From Folioceros fuciformis (taxonomy: Eukaryota), in the NCBI GenBank assembly GCA_049999805.1, contig JBNGIO010006320.1, forward strand, positions 313,593-365,168: a DNA stretch of 51,576 nt. Direction: 5' to 3'. This document shows, piece after piece, positions 45,796-51,576 of this stretch; positions within the stretch are counted from its first letter, which is position 1; each line of letters begins with the position of its first letter. A program made the position numbers and the translations under genes. The notes under the pieces were generated by a model. It ran no database searches and was not told where the DNA came from. It saw only the letters and a list, made by a program, of their open reading frames with translations.

Positions 45796-48700
45796 ATGCG
45801 CAAGAGCTCCACAGGGGTTTGGAAGGCCAGATGGATTTTGATGGTTTGCCTGCTGGCAACGGTGTGCTGGGGAGTTGTAGCGCCTGGAGTGGATCCCAAG
45901 CTCTGGGAGGCTCGCAGCGCAAAGCTCTCAGGCATTATAATTCCGGGATTCGCGTCGTCTCGGCTGAGGGCTTGGTCTATGGTGGACTGTCCGTTCTCTC
46001 CCATGGATTTTCAGCCGCTGGACCCTGTGTGGCTCGACATTAGAAAGGTGCATGTTTTGCTCCAGCATTCAGCTGGCAGTGGCTGCTGTAGGAGGGTGGA
46101 GGGATCAGGGCCTACTTGTGAGTTTATTCCGTGGACTGACTCCATTCGATTTGGTGGTTTCTCAGGTCCTGTCCGTGTTGAACTGTTGGATGAAATGCAT
46201 GACCTTGGATCCCGACACTCAGAAAGACAATCCTGAGTGCAAGTCTCGTCCAGATACTGGTCTCTCGGCTATAACCGAACTTGACCCTGGTTACATCACA
46301 GGTATCATTTCTGAAGCTTAGAGTATGTTTCCAGTGAGTAGGGGTGGAATCAGGTTTGTAGCCTTTCACTACTGGGCGGAGGTGAGAGCCATTTCTAATT
46401 CAATTACTGTCTTCTTTACTGTAGGTCCTCTGTCCTCCATATGGAGGGAGTGGGTGAATTGGTGTGTGGAATTTGGGATAGAAGCTGATTCCATCGTTGC
46501 AGTCCCCTATGACTGGAGGCTGTCTGCTTCCATGCTTGAAGAACGGGACCTCTATTTTCATAAGCTGAAGTAGGCGCTGGCCAATTTCGTTTTCACACTG
46601 TATTTTTAAACCTGCTGCTTGGTGTCTTCTCATCGACATGGTACTGACGGTTTCTTTGTGCATTGGAAATTGTACCAGGTTAACGTTTGAGACTGCTCGC
46701 AAACTTAGAGGAGCTCCCTCCTTAGTATTTGCCCATTCCTTAGGCAACAACGTGTTCAGATATTTTCTTGAGTGGCTCAAGCTGGAAATAGCTCCTAAGC
46801 TGTACAATAAGTGGATCGACGACCACATCAACTCATACTATGCTGTTGGTATGATTCGATCCCCCATGTCTGACAGCGTAGCAGTGTCATGAGTCTAATG
46901 CGGTTTAACTATCTTGATTCCGTGTTCATAATGCAGGAGCACCTTTGCTTGGAGCTACAGAAACCATTAAGGCTGTGTTATCTGGAGTTACCTTTGGTCT
47001 TCCCATTTCAGAGGCACTGCACTTGTTGACTAGGGCACTGTCATTTACTGTAACGACTGTAAGTGGACAAGCCATCGTATGCCTAGCTGAAATGCTTTTC
47101 CTGTGTGGATCAGGCTACAGCTCGGAAGCTGAGTAATTCTTTTGGCTCATCCCTATGGATGCTGCCATTTTCAAAGTATTGCTATGAAGATAGAAAGTTT
47201 TGTAGAACATCGAGTGAGAATTCTAGTCAAAAGAGAGGCAGTTGCAGAGTCTGTCATGGAGACGAATATGCAGTGAACGCCTCTGGCTGGCCGGTGGATG
47301 TTCTGAAGGTCGATTTTCCCATCACACCAGGTAGGCTTCATCACGTTGGTCTGGGATGATCACGGTGTGCAGTAGACTCGCAGCTGTTCTCTATCTGTTG
47401 GTGTCTTAGTCTCTCACTTTGTACTCGCATCGTTTGTTTCCTAAACTGTGTAAACTGGCTAACGAGGTCAGGCATATCTTATCCCGGAGTCTCTCTTGAA
47501 TCAGAGACAGTTGCTCTTATGTCAGCATGTACGGTCCCAGTTCAACGCTCATATTCTGCTCATGAGATGTCCGAGGGGACGTTTTTTCGTGAAGTTGGTG
47601 ACTTTGATGCTGAGGTGAAGAGGTTATTCAAGACCCTCAAGAGGTAATGACGTTTATCTCTTGACAGTGTGGCTAACTTGTGTGTCTCGTCAGTCTAGTG
47701 ACTGATGAGAAACGCTGCCTTGACCAGTACAGATTCTACCACGACGATCCTGTACTGAATCCCCTCACTCCCTGGGAGCGGCCTCCAATACAGAATGTTT
47801 ATTGCATGTATGGCATCAATATGAAGTCTGAGGTTAGCATCTGGGAATGAGCAATTAGATAAGCTTTGTAGCCTAGTACACTTGTTCAGTCTGGCATATT
47901 TCACTGCAGGTTGGTTACTATCTAGCGCCTAGTGGTAGGGGCTATCCAGACAACTGGACCATCAAAGACATTGTCTACGAAACGGAAGGAGGTGTCCTTC
48001 AGTCCAGGTTAGCTTTATCGTCCTCACCCATGTCGTTTCCGTTTCCGTTTATTACACGTTTCTGTGACATTGCTTGTCCATGGTGGGTTGCAGATCAGGT
48101 GCACCAGTGTCTGGGAATCCTGGTCCAGCTAGTGGTGACGTCACGGTGCGGATCTTTACCACGTTTTGTGGTGTTGGTTTTGTGCGGCCGTTGGTTATGT
48201 ATATGTGTACGGGTTTTCTGAATTATCTTTGGGATCTCATGCAGGTCCCGTATCATTCACTGTCGTATTGCAAGACGTGGCTAGGTCCACGCGTCAACAT
48301 CACAAGAACGCCACAGGTAGTTGCCATTTTCCCTCATCAAGTGGCTCCATGGTCAGTGGCTTTCAGTCGGAGGGTGAATATTTTTGTGCTGCGTCGACCT
48401 GCCATGGTGTGCAGGGTGCGCACGATGGGAGTGATGTGCAGGAAGAACTAGAAGTGGAACATGAACATGGAGGTGATGTTCTTCCTCAAAATATGACCAG
48501 AGATAGTCGCATGAGGTACATCACATTCTACGAGGATGGCGTGAGTGTTCCTGGGGAGAAGACAGCCGTGTGGGAGCTTGATAAACGTAAGTGCTCTTGC
48601 CGAAAACTGTGTTGAATGCGATTGACGCAGCGTATCAGACTGCCAAGAAATCAGGCGTTGTCCTAACCAGACGGGTAATCCCATGCATCATGCCAGTGGA

Positions 48701-49138
48701 TCACAGAAACATCGTGAGATCGAAGGTCTTGCTCAGAGAAATGTGGCTGGAGACGATGCACAGTTTCAATCAAGCCCCACGCCGAAGTTTCGCATCTAAA
48801 TGTAAGCCACGGAAACCGGACGCAAAATGCGAATCATGATGCCTGACCGTGGTACCTGACTAATCTTTTCCTCTGATCTGGCAGCAAGACGGGACCCAAT
48901 GAGAGATGACGACTGCTTTTGGGATTACTCCAAGGCCCGGTGCAGCATGCCAGAACATTGCGAATACAGGTTAGTCGCGGACCCCAGATCGCTCGCGCTT
49001 GTGATCACCTTCACTCGTGCCAGATGAATCGCTAACGCTGGCTGTCGAAACAGATACGGATTTGGTGATGTCCATCTCGGGCAGAGCTGCAGGTTGAAGG
49101 CCTCCTCCATTGATGACCACATTCTTCATTATTTGTAG
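45796..49138 (+). CDS. PSAT: Phospholipid:sterol O-acyltransferase (LCAT family), multi-exon
   Basis: KLSGIIIPGFASSRLRAWSMVDCPFSP, CKSRPDTGLSAITELDPGYITG, VPYDWRL, catalytic AHSLG, SGDVTVPYHSLS.CK.WLGP, VWELDK.DHRNIVR, and C-terminal DCFWDYSKARC..PEHCEYRY.FGDVHLGQSCRL. Confidence 0.95.
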
Positions 49139-50250
49139 CCACAATTAGGCACCCGTCCCAAACCAACCCAAGGTCAGCTTGTACAGTCCATCAATGTAAA
49201 GGGTACCAATCAACCAACACCTCGGATCCCATTCAGAAGTGGGAGGGTCCAGAAGCCAGGACCAATCCCGTCAATTCGAGAGCATTTTACCTCCAATTGG
49301 GAGAAGCTGTGTATCATCAGTAATATAATGTCCAGATTCCTGCCACTTGGCGAAAGAAATTCTCTTGTTGTTTTGCAGAAATTTCGAGCGCGCGGGTACC
49401 AGTCGTCCACGACGAGGCGACGTCGGGATGGAACATATCTGTCTCGTGTCCATGAAATAAAATAGAACGCTGACACCTACGGAAGACCCGCAGCCAAGGA
49501 CTGCTCCTTCTCCCGCTCCGGCTCCGGCTCCCGGCAGATCACGAGTCCCAAGATGACGATCGCAGCTGCCAGTACTTACAGTTAGTGTAGGTTGACACTC
49601 CCAATGCATGGAGGAAAATAAAATCGTTCAAGGTCCGGTCGTGGTGGTGTAAACTTATGCAAGCAGCCAATGGCAACCCATGGTGGAAGGAGGAATAGCA
49701 GGGAAAGATCTGCCAGATCTAGAGCCGGCTGTATAGAAAGGCGCAGCATCCGAGCATGCGGCACGAAATAGAAAAGAACAGAGGCGCAACAAAGGTCCTA
49801 CCCTGGCAGGTGCAGCCTTGGTTGCATAGAATTGTGCAGCTTTAGACATTACTTTGGGTATTGAGTATTGGTAACGCCAGAAAGGAATGGCACGGTGCAT
49901 CTACACGGCACGTTGCCATTGCAGAGGCCAGTGGACCGTCCGCCGGTCATTCCGCTGCCCTTCTGTGGACCGGTGCGTGCCCCCACCTACCCACAGACCT
50001 CCAGTCGCGCAAAGCGCGAAAAAGGGGAACCAGAAACCGCTCCAGTCATGCCGCCACCAGATAGCGAGAAAACGCAATAGCAGGCCAGCCAGCCCCTCGG
50101 ACGTCGCTGCCCGACGTCACCCCGCTTTCCATCTCCAGTTTACGGTTCCGGTCTTGCCATATCGGGTGTGAACGTTACGGACTCGGGCGAGACTTAGTGT
50201 GAGTCCAGGGGTGCCAGTGCGGGGTCGAGGAGACGGGGCCGTCCAGGAGA

Positions 50251-51576
50251 TCAGGATTGTGGGATGTACGTTTTCCACCAGTCGGTACCGGCGACCCCGT
50301 CCAGATCGTCGGCGGCCAGCCAACGCCAGTCTGGCTCCAGCAGCCCCTGGGAGCAGTCACTGGGGCAGCCCGGAAGACTTACAACCCTGGGCTCGGGTCG
50401 ATACGGGCACGACCTCGTGGAGTCACTCGGGAGGTCCTTGTACAGGGTGGAGTTCGTCGCGGGTCCGTGGGTGCAGCGCTGCTCGGGACTCGGGGCCTGG
50501 GTGAGCTTGAAGTGCTCTTCGTCAGGAACACCCGTCTTGTAAAATTGTGGGTCCTGGATGGCGTGATACTTCACCAAAATCACGGCGAACGCCAGCATCC
50601 TGCCGTCTATGCTGCAGGTCCAGCCCAGCTCCTTGTGCACCCTCTCCACCATGTCCCGCATCTCGCCGTCGTGAGCTTGCATGTACTCCAGCACCTCTGG
50701 CAAATCCTGAAAGCTGTGCGCAACGTTGCAGATTGCGTATCATATCAGATGGCTTTTTACTCGACTGGGCTGGGCAAACGTGTCGCAATACACTTGAGAA
50801 ACAAGGCAGGCAGGCAGGCAACACAGGACGGGACACACGAACAGGTGTTGGTAAGTGGAAGGAGAGAGGGAGAGAGCGCGCGCGACATACAAGTGGTCCG
50901 TCTCCATGAAATGTCGCCCCTTCTTGAGAAGCGGGTAAAAGAACTGGATGAAAGGCGAGTCTTGGAGGATGAGCGCCCGCTGAGTGAGGAGGACGCCGCA
51001 GAGGCGGGCGCCGCCGAGACCGCCGTCCACGACCATCTCGTACTTGAAGTCGTTCTTGCGGGTCTCGTCGAGGCGGTCGCCCAGGCGAATTCCCTCGTTC
51101 TCCTCCAGCTCGTGTATGACGGGCCGGGGGACGTGGCTCCACCTGGTGACCTTGGCGTCCAGCATTCGTCCCAGCCCGCTGGTCATGCGGTGCAGGCGGA
51201 GCCGGGGGCTGCTCACCCAATTCGACAGGCGCAGCCAGAAATTGGTGGTGGCGCCGCGGAAGACGGCCTTGGGGATCTTGTCCTCCCATTTCCTGCCGCT
51301 GGCTCTAGCCTCCGCCATCTGGTCCCGGGACTGCATGTAGGAGGGGCGGAGATCCAACATATCGGGCACGGCCAGGTCCGCGTCCAGCTCCTCCGTCACG
51401 TGCGGGCTCCAGACGAGGAAATTCGATCTATCACCCTCCGCCATCCCCTCCCGGGCCAGGGCGTGGTCGCAGGTGTTGAACAGAAACTCCACGCTCACGT
51501 CCCGCAGCCGGAACCGGTCCACCGTCGCCTGCAGGAACGAGGCGGCGTCGTTGGAGCGGTCCAGCCGGTACTGTGA
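50251..51576 (-). CDS. Glycosyltransferase family 90 (CAP10/Rumi/KDELC-like), 3' part; 5' end lies outside the window
   Basis: Frame open from the window edge. WEDKIPKAVFRGATT, RLRL...LDAKVT, FKYEMVVDG, FFYPLLKKGRHF; intron ~50707-50886 (boundaries approximate); last exon ends ...WWKTYIPQS*. Confidence 0.82.

Noticed and set aside
50257-51576. 439-aa plus-strand ORF
   Set aside because: Antisense shadow of the GC-rich GT90 coding sequence, with no recognisable motifs.

Overview
Gene-dense, intron-containing nuclear DNA from a seed-free land plant. A hornwort is the best inference, from the ~100-bp introns, compact gene spacing and a DYW:KP/'DRH-like' PPR editing factor. The right third (36-51.6 kb) is ordinary housekeeping: UNC-93-like MFS transporter, golgin candidate 5/TMF, complex I PSST, phospholipid:sterol acyltransferase and a GT90 glycosyltransferase. 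The left two-thirds (2-34.5 kb) is a fast-evolving tandem segmental duplication with reciprocal gene loss. It contains an intact PLS-PPR with a KP-type DYW domain (candidate U-to-C RNA editing factor) and its LTR-interrupted pseudogene, DUF1995, a CYP703-related P450, and an atypical bacterial-like PGK plus a pseudogenic fragment. It also holds two apparently unnamed multi-copy families. Family X is two-exon genes encoding a ParB/Sulfiredoxin-like domain, an acidic linker and a C-terminal tail anchor (3 intact copies, 1 chimeric remnant). Family Y is three diverged, internally deleted derivatives of the neighbouring GC5/TMF golgin with a new acidic N-terminus. Family X, alone or paired with Y, is the best candidate for an undescribed system. 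Exon boundaries were read by eye and no database searches were run.
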